A stretch of DNA of 64,000 nucleotides from an uncultured Verrucomicrobiae bacterium (GTDB lineage Bacteria; Verrucomicrobiota; Verrucomicrobiia; Limisphaerales; Palsa-1400): contig CAVPOM010000012.1 in the NCBI GenBank assembly GCA_963707025.1, forward strand, positions 256,001 through 320,000, written 5' to 3'. The position numbers and the translations under genes are program-made. This document shows, piece after piece, positions 17,472 to 28,407 of this stretch. Numbering within the stretch: position 1 is the stretch's first letter; each line of letters begins with the position of its first letter. A model generated the notes under the pieces. That model ran no database searches. It was not told the origin of the DNA and worked only from the letters and a program-made list of their open reading frames with translations.

Positions 17472-19142
17472 TCAGATGCCGGCCTTGGCCTGCGCAAAGA
17501 GCTTGCGTTCTTCGGGCAGAAGCCGGGCCTTGGCGGCCTTATCCAGATAAATCCTGGCATTTGCGCCATCACCCGCCGCCTTGAGAATGACTCCGTAATA
17601 GCCGGCGATGGATGGGATCGCAAGTTCCTGCGGGTTGAGCTGCCGCATCACCTTGAGCGCGTCGGCGCTTTTTTTCTGCTGGTATAAAGAGAAGGCGTAG
17701 GTGGCGGCAAAGGATGAATTGGTGGGGACTTGCTGATAGACCTCCCGCGCCAGATCGTATGGTTTCAACTCCTTGGCATCCAGGAGCAAGGCAATCGTGG
17801 CCAGATTGTTCTTGGCCGCAAGATCCGATGGAGTCCGCTTCAACTCCTGGTTGAAAAGCTGCATCAGCGACCGTGTTTGGCCGCCCTCCAGCAAGGCCCG
17901 CGTCAGCGTTCGCGTGGCCCATTTCTCCTGGGGATACCGGTTGACGATGGTCCAGAGCAGATCCTCCCCTTCATTGACCCAATTCCATTGCGCCGCCAGG
18001 CGGAAGAGCATGACCAGGCTCTGCTTTTGGGCATTGCCTGATTTCAGCGCCTGCGCCCATTCTGTTTTGGCGGTGTCGGCCAATTCCTGCCCGCGCAAGG
18101 CCCGGCTCAGAAACGCGTGGCGAAGGAACTCCATTTCGGCCCAGCGTTGCTTTTCCAGCCAGGCCTGGAGTCCTATCCAATCCTTCGATGCGATGTAGCA
18201 CTCGGAAACCAGCAGTGCCGCCGGCTGGTTGGTTTGCATGTTCATGGGAAGACTGCGCAACCAGGCCAGCGCTTCTCCCGCCGGAGTTTTCGCCATCTCC
18301 CATGTAGCCAGCTCATAAATTTTGCTTTGATTCGTGGCCGCCTCGCGTTGAAAGTTGGCCAGGGTTGGTTTGAAATCCGCGTTCCGGGTTTCCAGCAGCA
18401 CCTCCAGCCGCAGGATCCGGTCCGTGAAGGCGGAATTGGTTTCCTGGATCAATTGCCGGGAGAGCGCCAGGCTGGCGTCCGCATGACCGTAACCCATGGC
18501 ATCCAGGGTCAGTTCACGCAATGCCCTGCAACGCAGGTCTGAATTGGTTGGGTTGGAGGCCAGGCGCTGGAGCACGGTTCGGGCTTCCGCCAACTCCGAC
18601 GTGTTGGTGCGGTGGAGGCGCACGACGGCCAGACTCAATTGCGGGGATGGGTTCTGAGGCTCGAGCCGGGAGACCTCCAGAAAGTGACTCTCGGCTTGCT
18701 CGGGACGGCCGGTGGCTGCGGCCACCATGCCGGCGACATTGTGGTAGGCGGCGGTTTCCTTGTCTGCGGCATCTACTCCTTCCAGAGCATTGGTGGCCGT
18801 CGCGTCATCACGCATGGTCAGGGCGGTTTCCGCCAGGGCAAGCCTGTCGTCCAGCGAATGAGGGGCCAGTTCCACGACCCGGCTGCGCCACAGCAAGGCG
18901 CCGGGCGAACGGGACGCCTCGGCCAGTTGGGCCATCGTTCTTGTGGCATCCAGATTTTTGGGGTCCGAACGAAGCACTTCCTGCACGGAGAGCACCGCAT
19001 TTCGCCGGTCCGATTTTGCGAGGAACTCGTGCCCAAGGCTCATCAGGTGCTTGTTTTTCCAGACTTTGTACCCGCGATAACCCGCATAGCCGGTCAACAA
19101 GACCGCAACACAGCACAACACGATGATAAACATTTTACGCAT
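17472..19142 (-). CDS. Membrane-anchored TPR protein (PrsT-like, exosortase/EPS-associated)
   Basis: N-terminal TM, all-helical TPR-like repeats; last gene of the EPS/exosortase operon. Confidence 0.7.
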   Translation of the reverse strand: MRKMFIIVLCCVAVLLTGYAGYRGYKVWKNKHLMSLGHEFLAKSDRRNAVLSVQEVLRSDPKNLDATRTMAQLAEASRSPGALLWRSRVVELAPHSLDDRLALAETALTMRDDATATNALEGVDAADKETAAYHNVAGMVAAATGRPEQAESHFLEVSRLEPQNPSPQLSLAVVRLHRTNTSELAEARTVLQRLASNPTNSDLRCRALRELTLDAMGYGHADASLALSRQLIQETNSAFTDRILRLEVLLETRNADFKPTLANFQREAATNQSKIYELATWEMAKTPAGEALAWLRSLPMNMQTNQPAALLVSECYIASKDWIGLQAWLEKQRWAEMEFLRHAFLSRALRGQELADTAKTEWAQALKSGNAQKQSLVMLFRLAAQWNWVNEGEDLLWTIVNRYPQEKWATRTLTRALLEGGQTRSLMQLFNQELKRTPSDLAAKNNLATIALLLDAKELKPYDLAREVYQQVPTNSSFAATYAFSLYQQKKSADALKVMRQLNPQELAIPSIAGYYGVILKAAGDGANARIYLDKAAKARLLPEERKLFAQAKAGI

Positions 19143-19180
19143 AATTTTTTAAGTTGGGAACATCCATGAATTGCACAAAC

Positions 19181-21082
19181 TCACGCCAGCATCCGCGCCG
19201 GCAGGGGAACCACGTCCAGCGTCCGGCTCTCAAAGCGCCACTCGCTCAGGCAGAGGCCATGTTGCGAGGCCAATTCCTGTGCCGCCAGGAAGGATTCGGG
19301 CCTGAGCGCCGTGGTGATAACCAGGCCGGTGATGCGGTGGTGCGGGATGAGTTGCGGCAAGTCGCGCACCCCCCCCAGCACCATGTGCCCATAAACCCAC
19401 TTGAAATGCAAAGCCGGCTCATCGTCAATCAATCCGATGATAACCCGGCCGTCAAAACTGCTGGAGTTGTGAAAGCCGCGTTCCTTAAGAAAAAGCTGGC
19501 AGCGCCCCCCGGCTCCGTAAAGCGCCACCCGCTCCGGGCCGGCGCTGAGGTCGCTGGTTGACCTCAAGTAAAGAACGGTCTCCTCCACGCAGCGATAAAA
19601 CACCCGGGCCAGGATTATGGCGCCGTGTCCGAAGGCGAGGATCACCAGCGCGCGCAGGAACCACTTCGAGGCGCTGTAAGGATCAATCAGCAGCGCAATC
19701 CCCAGGCTGAGAAGCAAGCCGGCCTGCAGTGTCAACAGGAGCATCAACACATCCAGTATTCGCGCCCGGGTCCAGACCGTGACATAAGTGCGCGACACCG
19801 CCAGCAGGCAAAAGGTGGGAGTAACCCAAATGGGAAGATCCAGGAACCAGGAATGCCAGAATCCCTCCGGCGCGGGCTCGAACACCCGCATGGCGAGCGC
19901 CAACCCGCCCGCCAGACAAAGAGCGTCCCACAAAGGATAAGCCAGGGCCTTCGGCAGGGAATGGGTCGGGCGGCGCAAGCCGGTCAACAGGACCCGGCCC
20001 GTTTCGCGCAACTCGATCACCGCCATGTGGCGCAACAGCACGTAAACGAACGCCAGCAAGCCCAGCAGGAAGATGCCGGAGGCATGGGATTGAAAGGTCG
20101 TTATCAGCAGGCCAAAAACGACCAGCACCGCGTTGGTGATGCAGAGAATCACCGCCACCCGCCGCGTGCTTAAGCCCGCCTTGACCAGCCGGTGGTGCAA
20201 ATGTTCCACGTCCGCCGTCATGATGCCGCCGGGCTTGTGCGAGCCAGCCGGTTCTCCTCCACTGACCCAGCGCCGCACGGACCTTCGCCAGATGGCCAGC
20301 AGCGCGTCGTAAATGGGCACTCCCAGGATGAGCAAGGGGATGGTCATCGAAAGGAAAAAAGTGTTCTTCGTGAACGTCTGGAGGGATACGACCCCCAATA
20401 TAAACCCGATGGACATGCTGCCGGTGTCGCCCAGAAAAATGGTTGCCGGATGGAAATTGTAACGGAGGAACGCCAGACAGGCGCCCATCAGAGCGATGAG
20501 CGGCAAAAAGACGCCGGGCAGATTCCCAAGAAGGAGAATCCCGCACAAGCCGGTGGCGGAAATGATGGCCAGCCCCGAGGCCAGCCCGTCCAGACCGTCA
20601 ATCAAATTATAGGCGTTAATCACGGCTACAATCCAAACCACCACCAGAAGACCATCCAAAAACGGCGGCAGTTGATAGCCCAAAAAACTGCCGAAATGCG
20701 TCCCCGAAAGAGCGATCCAAAGCGCGGCGGCGACCTGTCCCGCCAGCTTTTTCCAGGCGTCCAATCCAAGAATATCATCCGCCAGCCCGACCGCCAGCAA
20801 GATCAGCGAAGAGGGAAGGAACCTCAGCCACCAGTGGAGATCGAAACCGCCGGGCCGCGCATCTCCGGGGAACGCCAATCCCATCAGGCAGGCGGCATAA
20901 ATTCCCAGCACGACCGCCAGACCGCCGCCCCGGGGGGTGGGACGCTGGTGCGGCCGCCGTTGATTGGGCAGATCCACAACTCCGAACCGCACGGCCAGGG
21001 AACGGACCACCGGGGTAAGGAGATAAGTCACCACGAAGCCCGCCAGAAAAACCGCGATGTATTTGTCAAAACTGTCGAACAT
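19181..21082 (-). CDS. WecA/TagO-like undecaprenyl-phosphate GlcNAc-1-P transferase with a C-terminal CapD-like membrane + CoA-binding extension
   Basis: PTPRGGG, GLADD, NAYNLIDGLDGLA, IFLGDTGS, HLHHRL, then 4 TM and VALYGAG...GLIDDEP. Start taken at ATG 21082. Confidence 0.85.
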   Translation of the reverse strand: MFDSFDKYIAVFLAGFVVTYLLTPVVRSLAVRFGVVDLPNQRRPHQRPTPRGGGLAVVLGIYAACLMGLAFPGDARPGGFDLHWWLRFLPSSLILLAVGLADDILGLDAWKKLAGQVAAALWIALSGTHFGSFLGYQLPPFLDGLLVVVWIVAVINAYNLIDGLDGLASGLAIISATGLCGILLLGNLPGVFLPLIALMGACLAFLRYNFHPATIFLGDTGSMSIGFILGVVSLQTFTKNTFFLSMTIPLLILGVPIYDALLAIWRRSVRRWVSGGEPAGSHKPGGIMTADVEHLHHRLVKAGLSTRRVAVILCITNAVLVVFGLLITTFQSHASGIFLLGLLAFVYVLLRHMAVIELRETGRVLLTGLRRPTHSLPKALAYPLWDALCLAGGLALAMRVFEPAPEGFWHSWFLDLPIWVTPTFCLLAVSRTYVTVWTRARILDVLMLLLTLQAGLLLSLGIALLIDPYSASKWFLRALVILAFGHGAIILARVFYRCVEETVLYLRSTSDLSAGPERVALYGAGGRCQLFLKERGFHNSSSFDGRVIIGLIDDEPALHFKWVYGHMVLGGVRDLPQLIPHHRITGLVITTALRPESFLAAQELASQHGLCLSEWRFESRTLDVVPLPARMLA

Positions 21083-21152
21083 GGCAAAGAGGGCGGAGGA
21101 TGGAGGCCGGAGATAATCTGCGGGCAAATGTGGTCAAGGAAGAGGTTGCAAA

Positions 21153-22452
21153 TCAAAAGCTGAAATTCTGAAATTGAGAAATCTGAAACTCCTTTTTCCT
21201 TTCACCATTTCTGCTCTCTGTTTTTGGCATTTCCCCATCCATGCCGCCTTCCAATAATTGGGCGATGCGCGCGCAGTTTTCCGCCATTTGGAAATGCTTT
21301 CTGGCGAAGGCCAGGGCCGCCTGGCCGCGCCGCAGACGTTCGTGGCAGTTGAGGGCCTGCTCAATGGCTTTCAACAGGCCATCCAAATCGTCCTGATCAA
21401 CGATCCATCCTCCGCCGGACTCCTCAATCCAGGCGGCGGCTTCACACTGGCGTCCCCCAACGAAGAGCACCGGGCGTGCCGCCGCAAAGCTGGCTTGGAT
21501 TTTGCTCGGGACAATCAATCCCTGCCAGGCCGAATCCAGGCTGGCGAGGTGAATATCCGCGGCACAAAGATGAGCCCGCAACCGCTGCTGCGGCACGTAG
21601 TCAAGAAACTCGATGCGGGCTGCCGGATGGGACCTGGCGAAGGTTTCTATCTCCCGCCGGCGCTTGCCCCCTCCACTGAACACCCAGCGCGGTCCTGCAG
21701 ACCCAAGCTGTCTGGATGCTTCCAGGAATTCCGCAAAGCGGTGCCCCAGCCCCATGTTGCCGGAATAAAGGAAAACAACTTCCCCGGCATCCCAACCTCG
21801 TTCCGCCCGCAAAGGATTGATTTCATGCGCCGGCCAGGGGGCCAGCTCAGGATCGCTCCATAGCGGAATCCCGGTAACGGTAAAATCCAGCCCCGCGTTT
21901 CCCCCATAAAAACCCACTCTCTCCGCCATTTTTCGGCCCAGGGCAATTACGGCGTCCGCTCCGCGCCATTGAAAGCGGGCCAATTTCTGAAGAAAACGAA
22001 AAATCAATCCATCATCCCGTGCCATTTTGTGTGCGAACATCACATCCGGGTAAAGGTCCATGATCCAATGGGCATGCCCGGCACCCGCGCTTGCCGGCTG
22101 CCGTTTTTCCCAGCAGGCCGACATAGGGCGGAGTCGTCAGCGACAGGATCAAGTCCGGCTTGCTTCTGTCCAACAACAGGGCGCCTGCCAAAGAAACGTA
22201 AAAAGAGCCATAGTCCGCCATTTTACCAACGAACCCGCGCCGGCCGAAACCAGTCGCCGGCAGCCTGGACACCTCGACCCCATCCACGTTTTCCCGGCGC
22301 GGAAAACAATCTCCGCCATCATAAGAGCGCTGCGAACACAGCGCTTTGACCTGATGCCCGCGCCGCACCAGTTCCCGCGCCAACCCATGCAAATACCAGC
22401 CCGTCGGGGCGGCATCTGGCGGATAAAACTGGTTAAGAAGCAGAAAGCGCAT
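21153..22452 (-). CDS. GT4 glycosyltransferase (WcaI/WbuB-like), frameshift near 22070-22110
   Basis: MRFLLLNQFYPPDAAPTG N-terminus; WIMDLYPD, YSGNMGLGH and VPSK in the second frame. Confidence 0.85.
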
Positions 22453-22544
22453 TGCCGGGATCGTGGAGGTTGCCAGGCAACCCGTCAGAACAGGGTTCTC
22501 AGTCCTGACTGAAGAAACCCGATTATAGAAATCATTCTCCAATT

Positions 22545-24260
22545 CTACGGCGTTGACTTGGCGAAGGTGACGCCCGCTTCGTTGACTTTGACAAGCTTGT
22601 CCAATTCGCCGATCACGGCGCTTTCGGCCTGGCCTATGTCGTTGTACCCGCGAACGACGATTTCCAGCGAGCGCTCGCCGCTATTGCGCCGCCCTGCCAG
22701 GACGGGACCCAGACGATTGCCGTAGGTGAGCAGTTGGGTATTGAAGAACTGCGCTTGGGCGCGATCTTCCCAAAGGCAATAGAAGACGTAAAATGGCTCC
22801 GCGCCGTCATCATGCACAATATACTTGCGGAAAGGCAGTTTTAGGCCGCGAATTGGATAATAAGTCAGATCCGGCAGTGTTTCGACCGTATGACCGGCGG
22901 CTGCCATACAGACTTCGGGAGTGTGCAATTCTGCCAGGGCAACAGCGATCCGGCCCGGAAGCCACCGCAAATAGATCATTTGCCACTGGCTGCCGTCTCC
23001 CTCCCGCCAGGATGCGCTGACTTCTTCATCGTAGCGGAGCAACCAATGTGCTCTTTCTGCCACGGGCATTTCGGAAAAGGTTGGATTGCGGCGGGGCCAG
23101 TCCACGCTCCAGGAGGTGCTGGGCGGCAGGCGCCATTCGTGTGACTTATACCAAAGCTCGACCCCCGCTTCCACGGCGACGAGCCACAAGAGCAGGCCAA
23201 AGGCCAAGCGCTTGAGCGCAGGGGACGGAGGGCCGGTATTTCTGGAAGGACTGACCGTTGAAGTCGGAGCGTTCTTCGCGCGTCCTTTGAACAACAGTGC
23301 CAGCAGCCATATCGAAAAAACGCAGGCCACCATGATCATGAGGCCGGCGGGGTCGTGGTACTTCGAAATGGCGGCAACCCCTTCGCGCGCGGTCACGCAC
23401 GTCAAAAAAGAGATTCGAATCACGTTAAACAGAAGCGCCAAAAGAAAACCCGCCGGCACCAAGACGATCCTGCGCCAAAGGGTCAGACCATAGAATTCCC
23501 CAAGGAAAAGGGAGATCATCAGAGCGGATTGAAACGACCGAATGCCACTGCAAGCCTCATCAATCCCCACCGTCCCTTTGGCCACCTCAATGACATTGCC
23601 ATGCTGGATGGCGGGGATGCCCAGCCAACCCGCCACCTCGACGCTGCACGAGGCGCATCCGCTGGTCAACATTTGTATCAGGGGGCCCTCGACGATGCTC
23701 GGCCAGGGAACCGCCACCAGAAAAAAACAAAGCGGGAAGGCGAATAGAGCAGCCGCACGGCGGCTTACCTGCAGCCACAGGGCCGCGAGCGTCAGGCCGA
23801 TGACCTCCAGCGCCAGCAGCCAACTGATCATCCTCCACTCCGGATTTGCTTCTTGCACCAGGCGGGTGGGCAGCCAAAGGAACGCGAGCAACGCAAATAG
23901 AAACTCCATCCTTCCCCTGGACCCTCTCACCGAGGCTGGCGGCCTGCCAGCCAGGGGCAGGCTTGGGCTGAATTCCGGATCAGCGGCAGCGCCCTTCGCT
24001 TTCTGCCATCTCAACGAGAGCAGCCCCAAGCACAGGAACGGGACCACCCAGCCGTGCGCGTACTGGGGGTTGACCTGCCACTCCACTCTCAATTGGTTGA
24101 TAAGGACCCCCCAGAGGAACAAGAACGGCAGAATTACTAAAAACCATTGTGCCAGCCGTGGCCGCTGGCCGACCGCCGGCTCCTGTCGGACTCCCTCCGC
24201 CTGATCGCGATCAGAGCAGAGGGGGTAGCCGCTCTGCTTTCGGCTGGATTCAGTTTCCAT
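22545..24260 (-). CDS. Exosortase with C-terminal EpsI-like domain
   Basis: QYAHGWVVP, IDEACSGIRS (Cys), FNVIR (Arg), YHD (His), C-terminal HTPEVC. Start ATG 24260, or 24314 as in the ORF track. Confidence 0.92.
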   Translation of the reverse strand: METESSRKQSGYPLCSDRDQAEGVRQEPAVGQRPRLAQWFLVILPFLFLWGVLINQLRVEWQVNPQYAHGWVVPFLCLGLLSLRWQKAKGAAADPEFSPSLPLAGRPPASVRGSRGRMEFLFALLAFLWLPTRLVQEANPEWRMISWLLALEVIGLTLAALWLQVSRRAAALFAFPLCFFLVAVPWPSIVEGPLIQMLTSGCASCSVEVAGWLGIPAIQHGNVIEVAKGTVGIDEACSGIRSFQSALMISLFLGEFYGLTLWRRIVLVPAGFLLALLFNVIRISFLTCVTAREGVAAISKYHDPAGLMIMVACVFSIWLLALLFKGRAKNAPTSTVSPSRNTGPPSPALKRLAFGLLLWLVAVEAGVELWYKSHEWRLPPSTSWSVDWPRRNPTFSEMPVAERAHWLLRYDEEVSASWREGDGSQWQMIYLRWLPGRIAVALAELHTPEVCMAAAGHTVETLPDLTYYPIRGLKLPFRKYIVHDDGAEPFYVFYCLWEDRAQAQFFNTQLLTYGNRLGPVLAGRRNSGERSLEIVVRGYNDIGQAESAVIGELDKLVKVNEAGVTFAKSTP

Positions 24261-24352
24261 AGTTTGAATGCGGCTGGTTCTTGCCCGTGGCAGGCCTGAC
24301 CGGCAGCGTGCCATCCGGGAGGATTCCGTAACGAATTGGCGCGGCCTCCCGC

Positions 24353-25201
24353 TCAGACGCCGCGCGACTTGGCACGTTGGCGCAGTTCGCGGGCCTTGAA
24401 CACACTCAACGCCTCATACATGGCCAGCAATCTGCAAAAGACGTAGCCCTCATAGCCGTCGAAAAAGCCGCATTTGAGGACATAACTGTAAAAGAAGCGC
24501 AGGGCGGGCCGGAACGGAAGATGCCGGGACACTGTCCGCAATTTGCGTCGGGCGGAAAGATCTGCGCCGATGCCCTTTCCGGTCAGCCCCGTTTGACCGC
24601 CGTGAACCTCAACTTCCGCCTCCCAATTCGAGTAGCGATTGTGCTTCTCCATCCATGTGTGGATATTCGGATAAGCGAAATGCAACATATCGGCTTCGAG
24701 ATAAGCCGCGGCTCCATCCAGCACGACGTGTTCATGCACCTCATTGTCACCGGAGGCGGTGTCCCCGCAATGAAGCCTCTCATATCGTCCCTTGGAATGG
24801 CGAAAGAGCCTCATATTCCAACTCGGATAATAGCCACAATGCCGGATCCATTTGCCGAGGAAAATAAAACGGCGATTGATGAAATAACCGTCGGCGCGCG
24901 GATTTTTCATCTCCGCCTGGATCTCCGCGGCCAGATCAGTCGTGATGCGCTCGTCGGCGTCGAGAATCAAAGTCCATTCGTTTTTCCAGGAAACATTTTC
25001 AAGAGCCCAATTCTTCTTCTTCGGAAATTTTCCGTTCCAAAGAAAATCAACGACACTCGCGCCCTTGCTTTTGGCCAGCTCCGCCGTGCCATCGTTCGAA
25101 CCGGAGTCCACGACCACGATTTCGTCCGCCCAACGAACAGAATCCAGGCAGGCGGGGAGGTTGGCGGCTTCGTTGTGAACCGGGATAAGGACAGAAATCA
25201 T
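24353..25201 (-). CDS. GT2 glycosyltransferase
   Basis: ISVLIPVHNE, VVDSGSNDGT, LDADE, EVHE. Confidence 0.92.
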   Translation of the reverse strand: MISVLIPVHNEAANLPACLDSVRWADEIVVVDSGSNDGTAELAKSKGASVVDFLWNGKFPKKKNWALENVSWKNEWTLILDADERITTDLAAEIQAEMKNPRADGYFINRRFIFLGKWIRHCGYYPSWNMRLFRHSKGRYERLHCGDTASGDNEVHEHVVLDGAAAYLEADMLHFAYPNIHTWMEKHNRYSNWEAEVEVHGGQTGLTGKGIGADLSARRKLRTVSRHLPFRPALRFFYSYVLKCGFFDGYEGYVFCRLLAMYEALSVFKARELRQRAKSRGV

Positions 25202-25226
25202 TCGCAGGAAAAGCTGAAAGAGCGGT

Positions 25227-25779
25227 TTATCCAAGCTCGCGCTTTTTGATGAATCGCGCGGGGTTGCCTGCCACCACCGTCCAGGCCTCAACATCCTTCG
25301 TGACCACAGCCCGCGCGCCCACCACCGCGCCCTCACCGACCGTCCGGCCCGGCCCGATAAACACATCCGCACAAATCCAGAACCTGGTCTTCGATGACAA
25401 TCGGCGGTCTCAGCAACGGCAGGTCGGCCTTTCGGTAGTCATGTGTGCCGGCGCAGAGGTGCGCCCGGTGTGAGACCGTGGACTGGCTCCCAATGATCAC
25501 CGGCCCGAGATTGTAGATCAACGCGCCTTCCCCGATCGAACTCCAGTCGCCGATATGGAAATTCCACGGAAAGCAAATCACGGCCGTGTTGTAAATGTTG
25601 ACGTGATTTCCGACCTTTGCTCCAAAGCACTTAAGGACCAGACACCGCCAGCCGAAAAAGGGCCGCGGACTGAACCGAAAAAGCACCTTCCCAAAAATCC
25701 AGAGGAGCCGCAGAAACATTTCACCAGGCGAGTACTTCGCGCAAGCCCGGTTGGCCTTGATGTCCAGGATTTCATTCAT
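25227..25779 (-). CDS. WcaF-like hexapeptide O-acetyltransferase, frameshift near 25381
   Basis: [22 protein letters not shown]; continues in a second frame as [11 protein letters not shown]...[15 protein letters not shown]. Confidence 0.88.
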
Positions 25780-25867
25780 GTCTTGCCAGGTTGTCGCAAG
25801 GAAGCGGCCGCGCGCAATTCAACACCCGGTCCTGCGCCATGATTTGGAAGCATTGGTAGCGGCAGGC

Positions 25868-27140
25868 TCAAAAGTCGGCCATGCAGGCGGGTTGGGGACC
25901 TTCCCCGAGCATCCACTCGCAAACTTCTTTCGTCTGGGCGGCGATTTTTGGCCACGCGAACCGATCCGCCGCCAAGGCACGGCCACGGCTTCCCATCGTG
26001 ACCCTCTCCAATTCGGTCATGCGCAGGAACTCGCTCAAACCATCGGCCAGACTCTCCGGGTTGGGATCGATCCTCAGGGCTGCGCCAGCGGCGAATCCTT
26101 CGGGCAAGTTGCACTGCGGCGTCATCACCACAGGCTTGGAATGCGCCCACGCCTCCAGCGCCACCATCGGCACCCCTTCGCTCAAGGAGGGCAGAATAAA
26201 CGCAGCGCAATGGCAATAACAGGCCGCCTTCGCCTCCTTGAATTGGGGCCCGAGGAAGAGAAGGGAAAACGCTGCAAGCTGAGATTCTGAAACGCTGAGG
26301 TTGGATGTCTGGTTTCTGCTTCCTGCTTTCTGACTTCGAACATCGGTCCAGGCCAGACCAAGTGCAGTCGCCAGTTGTTTGAGTTCAGACTCATGTCCGC
26401 CCTGATCCCATCCCGCAATGGCCAGAACCCATTCCGCCCTCTGCCATCCGTCCGCCGACGTTCTGGATTCGCGCCCAGGCCTTGAGCAGATTGACGAGGC
26501 CCTTCTTGGGATGAATCCGGCTCAGGAACAGAAGCACCTTGCGCCCGGGTTCCACGATGCTGTGCCACGGCGGATTTCCATTTTCTGAATTCAGATTTTC
26601 GCTTTCCGGGAGATCAACTCCGTTGGGAATGATGCACATGGGGTTTTTCAGACCAAAGGCGCGCATCGCGGTGGCCTCGGATTGACACAACGCACGGAGG
26701 CAGGCGGCCTTTTCCAAATGTTTGCGTTCGTACAAAAGCAAGGCCAGTTTCTTTTTCCACGCCGAATTTTTGACTGCCCACGGGTCGAGCATTCCATGCG
26801 GCGAAATGATTTCCGGCTTTTTGTATTGCACGCACCATTCGCGGGCGTTGCGGGAAGGCCAACTCCAAAGGCCGGCCCGGTAAATCAAATCCGCGGGCGC
26901 CTCCAGTAGCCGGGAACGGCATTGAGTGGAACGCCCAAGTGTCTCCGGCCACTCCACGGGGAAGCTCTCAGGCACAATGGGAAGCCAGTCATGGGCATCC
27001 CTCAGCGAAAATTCATCCGCCAGTGAAAAGGCCGAAACAGCCACGCCTTTGACTTTCAAGGATTGCCACAAACGCCGCTCAGCATCAAAAAGTCCGCCCG
27101 CCACTCGCGAAATGGAATCAATGACGACGTTCACTTTCAC
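25868..27140 (-). CDS. GT4 glycosyltransferase, frameshift near 26440
   Basis: GTG start overlaps the upstream TGA. SPHGML, FLSRIHPKKG, then ILPSLSEGVPMVALEAW in the second frame. Confidence 0.88.
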
Positions 27141-28381
27141 CGCAAACTCAATCCTCGCAAGATAAGACGATCCACCAGGCCCGCTCCTTTGGGCCCAATC
27201 TCCTGCGCCTTGTCCACAGCGGCCTTCAATCCGGAGGCAAACCGTTCCGGCCCCCAGTTGGCGATGATGTCGCGACTGCGGCCGCCAAATGTGGAAAGCA
27301 GATGGTTGAGCGATGAAATTTTCAACATCAACTCCGCCAGTTTTCCGATATTGCAGGGATCGAAAGTAAAACCGTTCACCCCGTCCTGCACCAAATCTGT
27401 TGCACAGCCGCACCGGTTTGACACCAGCACCGGCAACCCGCTCGCCATGGCCTCATTGACCACCAATCCCCATTGCTCCGTCGTGCTGGCGTGGACGAAG
27501 GTGGAGGCCAGCCCGTAATACATCGGCATCTCGGCGTAGGATTTTGCCCCGGCCAGATGAACGGAAGCCCCAACGCCGCAGCGGGCAATGGCGCCTTCGA
27601 TTGCCGGCCGCTCTTCGCCATCGCCGGCGACTACCAAATCCCAAGGGGTTTTGGTCCGAGCTCGGAGGTCAGAGGTTGAAACGCTCTCGGCCTGGTGATT
27701 GGCGCATAGCTCGCGGTAGCGTGCATACGCTTCGATCAACCGCGGCACATTCTTCTTCTGCCCAAACCGGCAGCACGCCAGAAAATAATTTATCGGCAGT
27801 CCGTGTTTGCTTCTGACCTCCGGCTTCTGACTTCTGACTTCCACCCCTTCCTTCGCAAAGTAGCCGTTGTCCACCACATCATAGCCCACAAAGATGCGGT
27901 CGCGCGGAAGTCCAAGCTTGGCCAGGTAATCGGCCTCCGGCGTGCCGCCGGCCAGGCCGGCGGAGCACAGGGCAACAATCCGGCGTTTGATCCATTCTTT
28001 GTGGGCCGGGCGTGGTGCGTCAAATTCATTGCTTTCAGAAAACATCACCGCCGGGACCCGGTTCCGCGCCGCCCAAGCCAGCGCGGACAGGCTCACCGGC
28101 AGCGCCCAACCGCTCACACACACCATGTCGGGGCGGAGCGCATCCAATTTTGACGCTACCGCCCGGCGAACGGCCGGGGCGGAAATTGTTTCGCCGCCGT
28201 CGTTCGGAAACAGAGTGTGCCGCCGGTAACTCGCCGCCGCCGAATACTCCAGCACCCTGAAGGCGTCCCGCCTCGTCAACTCCAGCAAATGACACTCCGC
28301 CCCGGACAACCGGGTGAACGCTTCCCACCGGGCATGATGGTAGGGAACAAGGTTGACGATGATTCCGCAGACGCGAGTCAT
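27137..28381 (-). CDS. GT4 glycosyltransferase
   Basis: CRFGQKKN, VAGDG, EQWGLVVNEAMASGLPV. Confidence 0.92.
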   Translation of the reverse strand: MTRVCGIIVNLVPYHHARWEAFTRLSGAECHLLELTRRDAFRVLEYSAAASYRRHTLFPNDGGETISAPAVRRAVASKLDALRPDMVCVSGWALPVSLSALAWAARNRVPAVMFSESNEFDAPRPAHKEWIKRRIVALCSAGLAGGTPEADYLAKLGLPRDRIFVGYDVVDNGYFAKEGVEVRSQKPEVRSKHGLPINYFLACCRFGQKKNVPRLIEAYARYRELCANHQAESVSTSDLRARTKTPWDLVVAGDGEERPAIEGAIARCGVGASVHLAGAKSYAEMPMYYGLASTFVHASTTEQWGLVVNEAMASGLPVLVSNRCGCATDLVQDGVNGFTFDPCNIGKLAELMLKISSLNHLLSTFGGRSRDIIANWGPERFASGLKAAVDKAQEIGPKGAGLVDRLILRGLSLR

Positions 28382-28407
28382 TTTCGGAAAGTAATTACCA
28401 CAGCCAA

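Noticed and set aside
24326..24336. CCGTAACGAAT Pho-like unit upstream of the exosortase
   Set aside because: A single unit in the wrong orientation, with no partner repeat or -10.
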